64,000 nt of DNA from Euglena gracilis (taxonomy: Eukaryota), in assembly GCA_039621445.1 (NCBI GenBank), contig CP154954.1:22270954-22334953 (forward strand), read 5' to 3'. Position 1 is the stretch's first letter, and every line of letters begins with the position of its first letter. The translations under genes were made by a program, and so were the position numbers. The notes under the pieces are model-generated. The model searched no databases, was not told where the DNA came from, and saw only the letters and a program-made list of their open reading frames with translations. Shown piece by piece: positions 49,409-62,224 of this stretch.

Positions 49409-51862
49409 GCAACATGCGGGCGCGGGGAAGGGCCTGGGGGCCGGGGCGTGGGGCGTGAAGGGCTGGGGATCTCTCACCCGCCCAGCCAGGAAACAGGCGT
49501 GTCACCCCATGGCAAACCGGAATGCCGCATGGAATGGAAAGTAGCAGAGACCTGGGGAAAATTCGGCATGTGGAAACCAGGCATCAAAAATGTGTTGCAG
49601 ATATGGAGAAAAAAGTGGGGATTTTCCGTGCGTATTGGGTACACACACATACTTTGGCACTGAGTGGACATTTTCAGCCACTTTCAGCTGGTTCTGGCCA
49701 ACTCCACCCCTGGGAGTCTGGGAGTGTCTGGGGCTGGTGTTCACCCCGCCATTTTTCAGCAGAAGCTCAAAAAAATTTTGGGGCCGCAAAAAATGAACCC
49801 CCCCCCCCCAATGGGTTCCCCCCCTCCAGCCCCACCCCAAGGTGTGTCTGACCCCTTGGGGGATGACTGACTGGTTTTTTTCTGAGTGAGTGAGTGAGTG
49901 ACTACTTTTGGCCCTCTCTGGTTTTTTGATTAGAAACCATTTAATCCGATATGCATGCGCACTGTGTACCAGGGCGTCGCTTAACGACCCCCCAGAGGGT
50001 CCAGATCAGAGGACGGAGAATTTGGGCTGGCTGGAAAAAGACTGCTGGCTGAGCCCGCCCCCTCCTGCCTGCGTGGGTCCCAGGGTCACACACTTCCAAT
50101 CATTCAGAAAATTGATTTTAACCAAAATTTGCCCTGGACAGCCCAACACCAATCCATTTTACCCATGTTTTTTGGCACTTCTATTTTCTATTGGGGGCAG
50201 GGGTTTCTCATCAACGTCCAGATATCAGTAGATGGATGTTCAACAAATTTTGATTGTTTCTCTAGGGCAACCCTCGAGCCAGGACTATCCCCCCTGGTTT
50301 TGTTCCTTCTCGGCGCCCAAATTAGGAATTTCTCCAACCAATCAATCAGGATTTGCGAATGCCAAATCCAAAACATTTGGGGGGGATGTTCGCGAGCACT
50401 CAATTGTTAAACAGCGTTAATTGTAGCCATGTTCCAGTTTGGCATTCCTATCATGATATCAAGAAAGGAGGGTGAGGCATCCTCAGGTTTTCGCAAATGG
50501 GAAACGTTAACCCCCCCCCAAATAACCTGGCGGGGTCCTTGCTCCTGGCGGGGGCCGAATAATTTGGTGGGGGGAGGGGCAAAAAAGATGGTTCCAGTTA
50601 CTTGGCACCTCCCCTTTAAGGTAAAAATTCGTTTATGACGCTGAAAAAAAGGGCCCAAATTACCTGGCAGGGGGGGGGGGCAGGCCAAAAGTTGGCTCCA
50701 ATTACCTGGCACCCCGCCAGGTTATTTGGGGGGGGGGGGGGGTTACAGGAGGTGAACATGAATGCTGAACCCACTGAGGTCCTTGATTTGACGACCGAGT
50801 ACGGCACTCCCCCGCATTGGGGCTCGGGATTGGGTGAGGCACGCAGAATTCGACGTTTATGACCCAGGCACCAGAAGGACCCACACGTTTTTGTTGGTTT
50901 GAAGTGGAGTGGAGGAAGCGAGTTCCGCTTCCTCACCTGACCCCCCCCCCGTTTCTGGGGAGGTCCATTTTGGGCCGTTTCTGCTGGTTTGATTATTCAA
51001 AAAGAACTCTGACTATTTTTGCACCCCGGGAGCAAGAAATCCATTACTATCCAGCTGCAGCTGCAAAAAGAAAAAAAACTTGTCGTGGGGAGGAGCAGGG
51101 ATAGATGTGGAAGCCTTGGGAAGGTGGGGGGGGCGGAGCCCTGGGGGGGGTCGGACACGCCCTCCAACCTCGAAACTGACGTGGGCCCAGAAAACTTTCG
51201 GTTTTGTGGACGGACAAAGGGCAGGATCCCAGGCCAAAATTGGTCAAAAATCCCTTTTTTTGCTGATTTTCCGGCGTTGTTCCAGAAGCAAAATTTTCGC
51301 TATTTTTTTGGGAACCTGTCGAGGAGGGGGTTTCCAGACACCCCCTCCCAACATCTAGGGGGGGGGGAGGTGGTCAGTACCCCCCTACCACCTACCTCAA
51401 AACCGAAGGGCTTCTCATCTATTCCTGGGGAGGGGGGTCCATGGCTGCTGGCTGGAAAAGGGTGCTGGCTGGCTGGATGCCCCAGGGATGGGCCCACCAG
51501 GGCTTACGCGACGCCCTGGTGAGGACGCGTATTGTTGAGGAGGTGGGACATCGAGACGAAATGCTCTCCCCAATTGTTCTATTATCGGTTCATCTGGGGG
51601 GCGGTGCCCAGGGGAATTCCACATAGGTCTTTTAACCCTCCTGTGCGCATCTCACCAATCCCTGATTGGTGAGCTGGGGGAAAAGGGGGGACTCGCCAAT
51701 CCGAAAATTTCGGCAGGCAATTCAACGGGGGTTCACAATGCAAACGATGCATCTGCAAGACACAGCCAGCGGGCGGATAGACCACTGCGCTGGTGGGCAA
51801 CTGCAACAAAACAAAGGAGTTGGGACGTCGAAATCGCGCGTGCCGCGGGGCCGGGCGGCGCG

Positions 51863-52001
51863 TCACGGGCCCCGGGCCGCGGCGGCCAGGGCCAGCAGGC
51901 CCACGGCGGCCGCCATCCCGCTGCAGGGCGGCGACGCGGAACAGGAGGCTGGCGCTGAACAGCGTCCACCCCGTGAGGGCCTCGGCGAGCCGCAGCCACG
52001 G
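51863..52001 (-). CDS. Possible terminal exon of an upstream membrane-protein gene
   Basis: Acceptor-like cacag followed by WLRLAEALTGWTLFSASLLFRVAAL, then hydrophobic AAAVGLLALAAAARGP* in another frame; GC-rich third positions. Frame not resolved. Confidence 0.3.
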
Positions 52002-52088
52002 CTGTGCGGGAAGGCGAGGGGCTCACTCTGTTTCGGGATGGGGGTGGGCGGGGTGGGGCAGGTGGGGGGTTGAGCTCCCCTCCCTCTG

Positions 52089-52302
52089 CAGGGCTGTACG
52101 GGAAGGCCTGGTGGGGGGGGGTCGATCCCCGCACCCGCGAAGTCGACCCCCTGCCCGCCACAACACCCACGCAAGAAAAAATCCTTCGGCACTGAAGGAA
52201 AATTTTTGACCTAAAGATTGGCGCACTCGGGAATACGAGAAGGCCTGGGGGGTCGAACCCCCCCAACACCCATAAGATTGTGGAGATTCCTGTACAGCCC
52301 TG
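52089..52302. mobile_element. hAT-like MITE sharing its TIR with the intron at 45203-46033
   Basis: CAGGGCTGTACGGGAA and TTCCTGTACAGCCCTG (15/16); TSD degenerate. Confidence 0.7.
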
Positions 52303-52667
52303 CCCCCTGGTCAAAGGGGACCCTGCCCATCTAAAGCCTGTGACATCCGGTGCAGCGTAACGAGGAGGGCGGGGCGGTGGCTGGGCGGGCGCCGCTCCAC
52401 GCACCGGGCGACCCAGCGGGACCTGCACAGGGGGATTGCTCCAGCGCTGAGGGCAAGCCGACTGGCGGGGGAGGGGGGGTCCCCTTGGCGAGGGCCCGAT
52501 GATTTTCTTTGTCTGTCCCCAAAGGGCGCGTGAAGTCCCGAAGCAACGGTAACCCACCAACATGTTCATGGAAAGATGGGTATTTGCTTGACGTCGGGCC
52601 TAACTTTTGCCCCTAAATAGGCCAATTTTTGGCGCGACGATCCCAACCCTTGAGCTAAAGATATATA

Positions 52668-53531
52668 CAGTGCGGTGCATAAGTTTTTACGATACTCTGG
52701 GGCAAAAGTCCTTACGACCCCCGTAAACAGGGGGCTTCTGAGCTGGATAATTCCAGGGGTAAGGGTGCGTGCTGTGTGCTCGTTTGGATTTGTGTGCATT
52801 TTTTTTCATGTCCGCATACCTCCGCGTCCTTTCTCAGATTTACAGAATGCCTTCTCCGCAAAAAAAAAATGCGGCTGAAAGGCGCCGTGAGAAGATTATA
52901 GAGCTACACTTGCTTGGGTGCAACAACTGTGAAATATCCAGGAGGTTTGGCGTAACGGAGGGCTGTGTCCAGTACACAATCAAAAAGTGGAAAGCGGACA
53001 ATAAGCCTGTGGATGCGAAAAATAGTCCAATTGTGAAAGACAAGCCAAGGAGTGGCAGACCTTCAGAAATGACTGCCAGGTTTTGCCATTCCCTTCCTAC
53101 CCTTTTTTGTACCAAAATCTTTTTTCAGGTATCGGCGGAAGATACTCAATGTGGCTCAGAAGCACCCATTTTGGTCTTCCCGTAGAATCGCGGACAGCGT
53201 GCACAAACATTTTGTGAGGGGGTTGTTCAAACCTGTCCAGGCCAAAGAGTCCTGGTGTTCAAGGTTTTGGAGACCGGTAAATTTCATTTCTTCATCCCAG
53301 GTCCCCCACAAGTTTTCTCGGTGGACCGTTCACAGGCTGTTGAAGAATCATGGGTTTTACAGTTGCTGGGCTGCTCACAAGCCTTTGCTGTCTGCCTCCC
53401 ACATCAACAAGAGGATGGCTTTCGCCGAAAAGTTTTCTGATTTCAACTGGGAAAGAGTTATTTTTTGCGACGAAAAAATCTTTCGAATTCGACCTGGAGG
53501 GCGGGTGCGAGTTTGGAGGCGTCGTGGGGAC
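52668..53531 (+). mobile_element. Tc1-like transposon, 5' half (left TIR and transposase N-terminus with short introns)
   Basis: TA-CAGTGCGGTGCATAAGTTTTTACGATAC TIR; ATG at 52847. HTH (EISRRFGV..V.YTIKKW), KPRSGRP, KPLLS..H..KR..FA, WERVIFCDEKIF (first catalytic D), RVWRR. Confidence 0.9.
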
Positions 53532-55313
53532 CAGGGGTTTTCTTAAGGACCGGGGGGGGGGGGGTCCAGCCTCCGGCTGGCAAAAAGGCTGCTGGCTGGA
53601 AATGAGCTGCTGGCTGGACCCCAGGGGGGGGTCCGGGGCTGGAGGGGGCTGGGCTGGGCTGGGTCGATGAAAAACAAAACACATTTTTGCATTTTCGACA
53701 TTTTGATGGATGGAGCTAGGTCAAGGCGGACCATAATCAGCCAGTGCAATTTTGACTGGACTTGGGGGGGGGAGGAAGTTTTGTTCAGTAACTGGCAAAC
53801 AAAACCGTCTTTGCATTTTTTGGATTTTTGGGAACAAAAATTAAAGCAAGAAAAACCCGTAAGAAGTCTCATTTCCACATCCGCATGAATCGCAGAAGAT
53901 ATATTATTTCCCAATTGGGGGAGAACTTTGATTGGGGGAGGACTTTGGACCCTCCTCGGGGGGGTCCAGCTGGTGACTTTTAGGCTGCAGCTATTGGAAA
54001 TCCCAGCCAGCGGACCTCCCCCCCGGTTTCTCGAAGCTGAGGCCTTATCACAACACTTTAATCGTTGATCACCATCCTTAATCATTTGGTGTTGCAGTGT
54101 GATGAAATGTCGAATTAAATGAAATCAAATGAAAGGGATTAATGGCCAAAAAATAACTCTTATATTGTGCTTCCCAATTTATTCTGGCCTGAATTTTGAA
54201 GGGATGCATTCTATGGGGATTTTGGTGTTTTTGTCCCGCAATCAGGCATTTCTCACAGAAAAGATGATTATTTCTCAGTGCGATATAATTTTATTTCAAG
54301 TTCATTGATGCCCGGTAGTGATTTTTTTCTGGTACTAATTTTTTGACCAGTTTTTTTGCATATTTCGTGATTTTGACTTCCATCCTGATCCTTAATCATC
54401 CATTACTCATCAGGTCTCAGCTTTGGACATCTCCTCTTTCCAGTCTTCCTTCCGTTGGCTTATCTTACCATTTGTTTCATGACGATATCTGGGTGTTGTG
54501 CTTGTTTTCCTGTTGTTTTTATGTTCACTTGGCTCGAGTTGACGCGGTGGTCTCCACCCTGCTCCAATGTCTGAGGGGGCACCACCCCCGTTGGGTGGCC
54601 CCCGCCCAATCCACGTTATCACCTTTTTTGGAGGGGGCGGGGATCAGGTGTCGTTTGAGAAAGATCGCAACCCGGGGCAGGGGACAATTCTGACACACCC
54701 AGGGGGTGTTAGTGCTTTAGCACCCCCCCCCCCCCGACACCGAATGGGCCAGGGGCCCAAAAATGGCCAGTTCCAAGAGAGGTTCGTCTGGGTGGGACCC
54801 AGACGGAGGGCCGTGGCTGGGACCCAAAGCTGTGTGCTCCGGGCAGCAGGGGGGGACCACCCCTTGGTGGACCACACCTTAAAATTCAGCCGGTTCCCCA
54901 GAAACTTCATTACTGGGAGCAGGGTTTGAAATAGGGCCAGGTGGGGTTGGGGGGGGGGTCCGCCCTTTCAGTAAAGGAGGAGGGGCACCCCATCGCAAAA
55001 GCCCCCCCCCCGGTTTGTTAAAAAGATGCCTTCCTGGGATCCCGTCAGAAACGAAAGTTTTCATTCTCGCTCCGTGCCAGTAGATATTTAGGGTTTCTGG
55101 ATTTTGGGTCTTTGGAGGGATCCCCCCCCCCAGGCTGAAGGGAGAGACTGCTAAGAGTGACCACCAGATTTTCAAAAACGACGGACTGTTTTTTCCCGAA
55201 AATGGAATGAAACTTCCCCTTGGGGGTTGGTAAGCAATGGTGTGATCTACGTGCATCCTGTGTAAATGTATGTATGCAGTATGCATGCGTGGACGTTGAA
55301 ATATGCACACATA

Positions 55314-56307
55314 CAGTGCGGTACATACGTTTTTACGATACACTGGTGCAAAAGTCTTTACGACCCCCAAAATTTTTTTTCAACCAAAATGCTTTTCTTA
55401 CAATATTACAATGAAGCGGAATCCATCCACATGATGCATCGACCAGGTGTGCAGCAAGGCAAAGGCAGAGGATCTCTCCAGTGTCTTCTCAGTATTTCGT
55501 GTGACTGCCAGCAGCTGCTCTTACAGCCGCGACACGGTCAGGAAGGGAACGATACAACGACAGAATGGCGGCAGGTGTGATAGCCTCAAAAGCAGCCTTT
55601 AAGGCAACCCATAGGTCAGATTTGCTATTAAACACACGCCCCTGCAGCTGCTTAGTCACCAATGGCCATACATGTTCATCCGGATTTAGGTCCGGAAACA
55701 TGGGTGGCCATATACCTTGATTGAAAAGCTTCACCTTTTTGTCCTTCAGAAATTTTATGGTTTCCTTTGCCTTATGAATACTCGCTCCGTCTTGTTGGTA
55801 TGATTTGGATGTAAACCACAATAGACACAATATTTGTTGAAATCAACAAAAATTGGTAGGGTAGGCAGTCAGATAGCACACTACTTGCTGGTACACCATG
55901 AAAACGGTTGTTAAAAGTGGCCAACGAGTCAGCGAACGTGCCCGTGAAACATCGCGCGATTCTGATTAAGATACAGCAGTTCCTAATAAGCTTCGTTCTG
56001 CCAACAGAATCGTCATGGGCCGAACGATTCGATTAATCGGCGATGACAAACGATTAATTAATCGATTAATCGAAACAGCCCTAACATACCTTCGTGTGAT
56101 GAATGTGAGCGCAGATTCCAAGAGTCGAATACATGCCTCAGAATTCATTCTGTCGTCACATTTCTTGATGAGATGCTCCCTGTTCTATCGATTCCACACC
56201 AAACCATGACTCCCAGTGTGCTGTATGTATTTTGCCTTGTACCTGAACTAACGGCAGAAATACGGCAAAGAGGGCAAGGATGTGAAAGATTTTTTACCTG
56301 TCCCCAC
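55314..56307 (-). mobile_element. Tc1-like transposon, 3' half, inverted (DD37E)
   Basis: VMVWCGI, MNSE..I.LLE, QQDGASIH..PDLNPDEHVW..SLPDR..AV..A.G.HTKY*. 37 residues lie between the second D and E. Second TIR TA-CAGTGCGGTACATACGTTTTTACGATAC starts at 55314. Confidence 0.9.
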
Positions 56308-57485
56308 CAGGGGTTTTCGTAAGCCGGAGGGTACCCCATCCCCCGGGGGGGTCCAGCCAGCCAGCAGCTCAAATCCAGCCAGCAGCCCAAATTCGGGCTG
56401 GGAGCCCCCCCCCCCGGGGGTCAAGTGAAATAAAGTTGGGTCCAGCCGGCCACAGGCCGGCCCAGCCGGCCGAAGGCCGGCCAGCCAATTGGGCTACCCA
56501 GCTCACCTATCCCTGCATTTTTTCCCCTCATCACAGCTTCCTCCATCACAGCACCCCACGGCTGTAGCCCAGAGCAGGGTTGATAGGGGGTGGTGCGGGT
56601 CACGGGGGGTCACGGGGGGGGTCACGGGGGAAGTATGCCACTTTGGAGGTGGTTGGGAGGCAGCATCCATGTTGTTGCATCCCATCACGAGAAGGGCTGC
56701 ACGCATCACAAAATCGGTGATTTTTGGGTCCAAAAAGCAATCATTTTTGGCCATTTTTGGGGCATTTTTTTTGAACAAAAAATGCCTTTTGGTTTGAAAA
56801 TGGTCATTTTTGGGTGATTTTTATGTCCAAAATTGGTCATTTTTTCATTTTTTTGAAAAGGAATTTTGTTAGGATTTCCTTGACCGTTACATTTTTTGGG
56901 ATGCATTTTGGGCCATTTTTGAAAAAATGGCCCAAAATGGCTATTTTTGAAGCGGGAAAAAATAGCCAAAAAATTCTGTTTTGGTTGCAGAAATGCACCA
57001 ATTTTTGGCACTTTTTTGGGGGGGACAAGATTTTTGGCCATTTTTGGGTGTGGAGGTGCGTTGGACGTTGGGTGCCAAAAAGGGGTTTGGTTGTCCAAAT
57101 GGAAGGTGGGGTGAAGACAATTCTTTTCTGTTTTTGGGGGGGTTTTCTTCCACAAAAATTTCATGTTTCCCCTCCCCCCTTTTTGCCATGAAATTCTTTC
57201 CTACTTGCGCAATCTCCCCTTTTGCCAATGTTTTGGGTCAAATTCATATCCCCACCCACCCACCACGGCATTTTCACCATTTTCTGGGTGGAGAGCAACG
57301 AATTTTTACGGCCGCACTGACTGACTCCGCCGGAAGCCGGAGGGGGGCAGAGAAAAAAACAACCACGCAGCACGGAAAAGCCCCCCAAAACAACACAAAT
57401 TTTGCAAAAAAAAACGCAAACAAAACGCTTTTGTGCCCCCCTTTCCAAGAGAACCGCACCCAAACAACCCCTTCCTGAGAGAAGT

Positions 57486-57732
57486 GGCCCAAAACTGCCC
57501 ACGACCTTTGGCCAAAAACTGGCCACCACATCTGGCCCAAAACTGGCCACCAAAATCTGGCCATGACCTGTGGCCCAAAACTGGCCACCACATCTGGCCC
57601 AAAACTGGGCATCACATCTGGCCCAAAACTGGCCAGCACATCTGGCCCAAAACTGGCCATGACCTGTGGCCCAAAAATGATGAACACATCTGGCACAAAA
57701 CTGGCCAGCACACCTGGCCCAAAGATGGCCAC
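57486..57732. repeat. 24-bp tandem repeat, about 10 copies
   Basis: Unit approximately CTGGCCCAAAACTGGCCACCACAT. Confidence 0.9.
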
Positions 57733-58299
57733 AAGAAGTGAATCAAACCATTGAAAAGTAAACCAGAATACAATGATATTACAAAAAAAATGGACAGACA
57801 AAAACCTTCGACTTTTTAGGCACAGCAACAGGAATCAGAAAACACACAAGATAGACATTCCCAACATAATGTAGCAGTTTGTCCAGCTCCAGCAAACTCC
57901 TTCCAATAAGTTCATTTCACCTCAAGCCACCTGTGCAGCACTTAGTGTACTCAGCACCATATCATCATCTCCAACAGCGCCTTTGCCCAGGTCAAATGAC
58001 TCTGTACTGCAGGTCTGACATTTTCTGTCCTGCAATGAAAATGTGAAGTTGCGGAAAACACCCTGAATCAGGACTTGCCCGGATCGCGGGGCTTTTTTTT
58101 CAGCTAGTTTCCCATCGCGGCCAGCCAGACCTCCTCCTCCTCTTTCAGATCCTCAACACTGAATCCAGCCAGACCTCCTCCTCCTCTAAATCCACCCAGC
58201 CAGCCGTGGCTGGCCATGGCTGGCCAGACCTCCTCCTTTTTTTTGCCAGCCAGCCAGCCGCGGCTAGCCGCGGCTAGCCAGATCCCCCAGCTCCCACCT

Positions 58300-59720
58300 G
58301 CAACACCACGTGGTCGTTGTCCCCTTGGAGGTGGCTTGACTGGCCGTAGCGTTGCAGGCCCATGCCCACCATCTCGGCGGCGTTGCGCACTCCCACCCTG
58401 CACTGCCGCGGTTGTAGGGCTGCCAACTCCATCGTCACCGCTTCAGAATGGACAAGGCACTTGCCCACCACTCGCCGGAGTGTGTCCCCGACGGCAATGG
58501 GCCGCACCCCCCCATCCTTCTTGCGGAGCGGGATGAGCGTGGAGGCGCATAGCACTTCTCGCACGCTCTCCGGGAATGACGTGGTCAGGGCCGTCGCAGC
58601 AAGCTTGCCGAGGGCTTGGACCAGGGGCCCCCCCGGCCCCAGCTTTCGGCAACACTCACTGAGGTGGATTGGACGCAGCCCAGATGGTCCGCCTGCGGAC
58701 CCCGGGGGGAAGGAGACCACGGCTGCCCAGGCCCGCTTGGACCACTGCTCGTTGCTCTCCTCTTCGTCCATGCCCTCGTGCACCAGGCGGCAGGCAATCG
58801 AGGTGGGCAAATCCCCTGCCGGGACCAAGTGTGGCTGTGGTGGGGGATGGAGGTCCCTCAGTACGGCTTCCACACCTGGTTCCTGCGAGTTGACCAGCCC
58901 CTCTGACACCAACAGCTTAGCGGCCTTGGACAGTGCGCCTTCCTCCACCAACCCCACCTGGGATGGTGACATTTCCCCTTCCTCCTCCCGCTTGGCCTGT
59001 GCCCTTGTGCGCGCCGGTTGGTCCAATGGGGTCTGCCGTGCTTGGGCGTTCGCCTCGGCCCACAAGGTTCCCAGTTGGCCTTGCTGAAAGAGACGCAGCC
59101 GTCGGTCCATGTCATGTGCTGCCTTCCGCTGCTGTTTGCTTCCACCCCGGCCTGATGAACGCAATACCAGCTTTGGGAAACACATGAGACGGCAGGTTGG
59201 CACTGGGACTGCCACATCCCTCACCAGATGTGCCAGCTCTTGGGAGATGGCGGTGCGACACATTGCCGGGATGTGTCTCACCGTGGGCACATGCACGACG
59301 AGCACCCCATCAAACGTCGGCGTCATTTGTGGGCATCGGCTTGTGGTTGGTGTTCCTGGCTGTGGCAGGGCTGCATCCCTCGGGGGGATGAGAGACACAG
59401 GGCCCCGTGTTTCCTCTGCGGTGTCGAGGCCTTGCGGTGCCACCTGGCAGTTCCTGCATCTTTTGCTTTGGGGCACAAGTGAGCGGCAGGGGCCTGCGCA
59501 GTTTGGAGGACTGCTGGCGGCACCAATTGGCCGTGCGACACGTGGCGCGCGGCCAGGTGCGACACCAACGCTTTGCGGGACTTGGTGGTGAGGGCTTCTG
59601 GGCACGATGGAAAGGGACACATGAGGGTTGGTGGTCCCTCTGCTTCTGCTTCTTCCTCTTCGTCCTCAGCCGCCACGTCATCCCCTTGCTTTTCTTCGAC
59701 GTGGCGGCCGAGTGCCACGG
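58300..59720 (-). mobile_element. CRE/NeSL-like non-LTR retrotransposon: C2H2 finger and N-terminal RT, truncated and frameshifted
   Basis: CPFPSC..SHLAARH; EEGALSKA; GSAGGPSGLRPIHL; LIPLRKKDGGVRPIAVGDTLRRVVGK; Q..VG..NAAE; VVLQV, then breaks off. Confidence 0.85.
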
Positions 59721-59869
59721 GAACCCGTGGCGTGTCCCTGCTTTCTGCCCCCTTCCCTCCCCTTGGGGATGTTCTTCTTGGTGGTGCCTTTGGCTTGGGT
59801 GTGGTTGTGGCTGTGCTGCTGCTCGCTCTGCTTCGCTTTTTTCACCAGCCGTCCGTCCGTCCGTCCTTC

Positions 59870-60578
59870 CGCCCCCCTTGCAAGTCTTCGACACCGACTT
59901 GGGCAAGAGGTCCAGCCACTGAAGGACTGGTTTGAGACGCCCTCCTCTATCCAGAGAGCGAGCCTGCAAGAAACTCGACAACAATTTTGGCAAGATCGCA
60001 TGAACGCCCAGAGATACAAGGAATGGAAGCAAACTGGCAGCCACCGAGACTTGTGTCGCAAAAGCTTACAGACCGCCAACTCAGGGGCTTGGAAAAATTG
60101 ACGCCCTTCTCAAGCTCTTGGAACCCAGATGGAACATGTTGATCATCGCCTGGCACTCCAGTGGTGGCTTGGGCTCCCACTGCTCAACCCCAATGAGGTG
60201 GGAGAATTTGTGCCCAATGTATAGTATGGATGCATGGGGAGACCATGTAGTTACCTGCAAGGCCACTCAACGCCAACTCTACTCCAAGACTGGTTACTTG
60301 CCACAGCACGAGAGGATGGTATTACCTCCTTTAAAGAAGCACAACTGCTGGATGGCTCCCGACCTGGTGACGTACCTGGCGGGGTGGACCACCCTTGGCT
60401 ATTGATCTCACTATTGTGCACCCATTGCGACCTTCTGAACCAGCCCCTCACCAGACTCTGTCAAGAAAATGTTGCTACGTGAAGAACAAGCCAAACTCAA
60501 TAAATATGCAGTGGCATGTGAGAAAGTCCGATGGGACTTCAAAGCATTGGTCCTTCACCTGTGGGGAGGCATGACCAG
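59870..60578 (+). mobile_element. Restriction-like endonuclease (RLE) end of a CRE-like element, opposite orientation, degraded
   Basis: CP..SMDAWGDHVVTCK, RPGDV, IDLTIVHP and EEQAKLNKY..C....WDF..LV....GG, spread across frames. Confidence 0.75.
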
Positions 60579-60765
60579 TAGGGTAGATTCGATTAATCGA
60601 TTAATCGACTAATCGTCCGTGGCCGCCGATTAATCGAATCGTTCGGTGGGGGGAGATTAATCGGTCCACAAAAACAGGTCAACGGAAACAAGACAACATC
60701 TCACCATGTCATACCCCAATGTTCAAGACAAAGGTTATTATGGAAAATGTTCCTATTAAGTAACA

Positions 60766-60837
60766 ATACATGTAGTTCAGTGGTACAACGCATACTTCAC
60801 AGCTGTGAGGTCGTGGGTTCGATCCCCACCATGTATG
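60766..60837 (+). tRNA. tRNA-like cloverleaf (anticodon CAC, Val-like); probably not a canonical tRNA
   Basis: Acceptor stem ATACATG/CATGTAT, A-box TAGTTCAGTGG, T-arm GTGGG-TTCGATC-CCCAC; D and anticodon stems imperfect. Confidence 0.5.
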
Positions 60838-60901
60838 AAGTTTTGTAACCCATTTTATCCAACTTTTGTTGGTGGTTTTGTCAACAAAAGTTGAACTTTA
60901 A

Positions 60902-60973
60902 AAGACGAGGCAGGAATCGAACCCACGACCACACGGTCATAGAACACACGCTCTACCACTTGGCCACTCGTCT
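60902..60973 (-). tRNA. tRNA-like sequence (pseudo)
   Basis: Acceptor stem AGACGAG/CTCGTCT, TGGCCAAGTGGTAGAGC, GGTTCGATTCC; anticodon stem broken. Confidence 0.4.
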
Positions 60974-62224
60974 TGCTGTACAATTACAACCCATAAACAA
61001 GGTAAAGAGGTTCTTTTCCTGGTTTTCCAGTGGTTATCCTGGTTTTCGCCCCATCACGATGAATGTTTGGTATGAAGTGTACTATTTTGGTTTTTGGGGT
61101 TGTTTCAGTGATTCCGAAGGCAGCCAGAGTTATTAGTCACAATGTCGTCGTGGGTTTGGGAACACTTCAAGAAGGGCGGCGATAAGAAGTCTGTCAGTTG
61201 CAAACACTGCCCAGACGGAAACACTTTTGCATACCATGGTGGGACAACATCCATGATTTTCCACCTGCGTTCGAAGCACAACATCACACAGTCACCCACA
61301 CCAAAAGGTTTAATTTCAAAAATTTAAGATAAAAACCCTCAATAATCTATTCAGGACAGTCAACACTTACCTCCCACCTTTTGAGGAAAGTTCTTGTTGA
61401 AAGGGCTCGTGAAGAATTGACCTCAGAGGAGTTCATTTGCGCTATATGGGCTCGAAAAGCTTTAGCATACGATCTCATCGAGGACGCAGCCATACAATTC
61501 CTTTCCACGTTTTATAATCAAATAATTTTTGCGGAAATATCAACGTATCAACGAATCTGTGTACAAAAAGATCGGACGAGGAATTGTCACCTTGGGAGTA
61601 GATGGATGGACGAACACGCGGCACAGGTCAAATACTTTAGTAAATTTGACAAAAATCATTTTTATCACACTTGTTGGCAACCCACATTTTCGAAGCAAAA
61701 AAAATGCACCATGGACCATGAAGGATTTTTGGGAGGGGGCTCAGAAATGCATCTGGGGACCTCCCCATCGCTTGCAATTTAATTCCAAGTGGTCTGAGCT
61801 CCAAGTGGTCTGGGCGACACCCTGCAAAAGAGCTTTTCTGCACAAAGTTTGCTTCATTCTGACCTCCGTTCCTGCCTCTCCGAGGAGAGTATTCGTGCCC
61901 TCATGTCAGTTCGCATGAACATTTTGCGACTGTACGATATTCCATGTATGCCTCGGCGGAAAAAAGCTAAAAAGCAATGAGCACAATAGAAACAGAAGGA
62001 ATTTGGCTGTCCAATCCAAGTGCTTTGCCTCCTGTGTCTGGGTCCAGTCCACACATTTTCTCACTGACTAGCCATTACATTCTTCGAAAAGTCAGTCGTT
62101 TTTTTTTTTTGCGGAGAACTGTCAATCACCACCCCCCCCGGGGGGTCGGCACATCACATTTGCCCTCAAAACTCCCAGCACTGAAAAACCGACTTTGCTC
62201 GGCCTTTGAAAAACGGCCTTTGCC

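Larger units (their letters stand above)
60579..61700 (+). mobile_element. hAT transposon 5' part: TIR, BED zinc finger and first catalytic D; degraded or interrupted
   Basis: Starts TAGGGTAGATTCGATTAATCG with CGATTAATCG subterminal repeats. 61142: MSSWVWEHFKK..SCKHC..YHGGTTSMIFHLRSKH (BED finger). Then WARKALAYDLIED and VTLGVDGWTN. A related terminus CGATTAATCGAAACAGCCCTA ends at 56083. Confidence 0.85.

Noticed and set aside
57486-57732. CRISPR-like array
   Set aside because: 24-bp units are contiguous with no unique spacers and no cas genes; an ordinary minisatellite in eukaryotic DNA.
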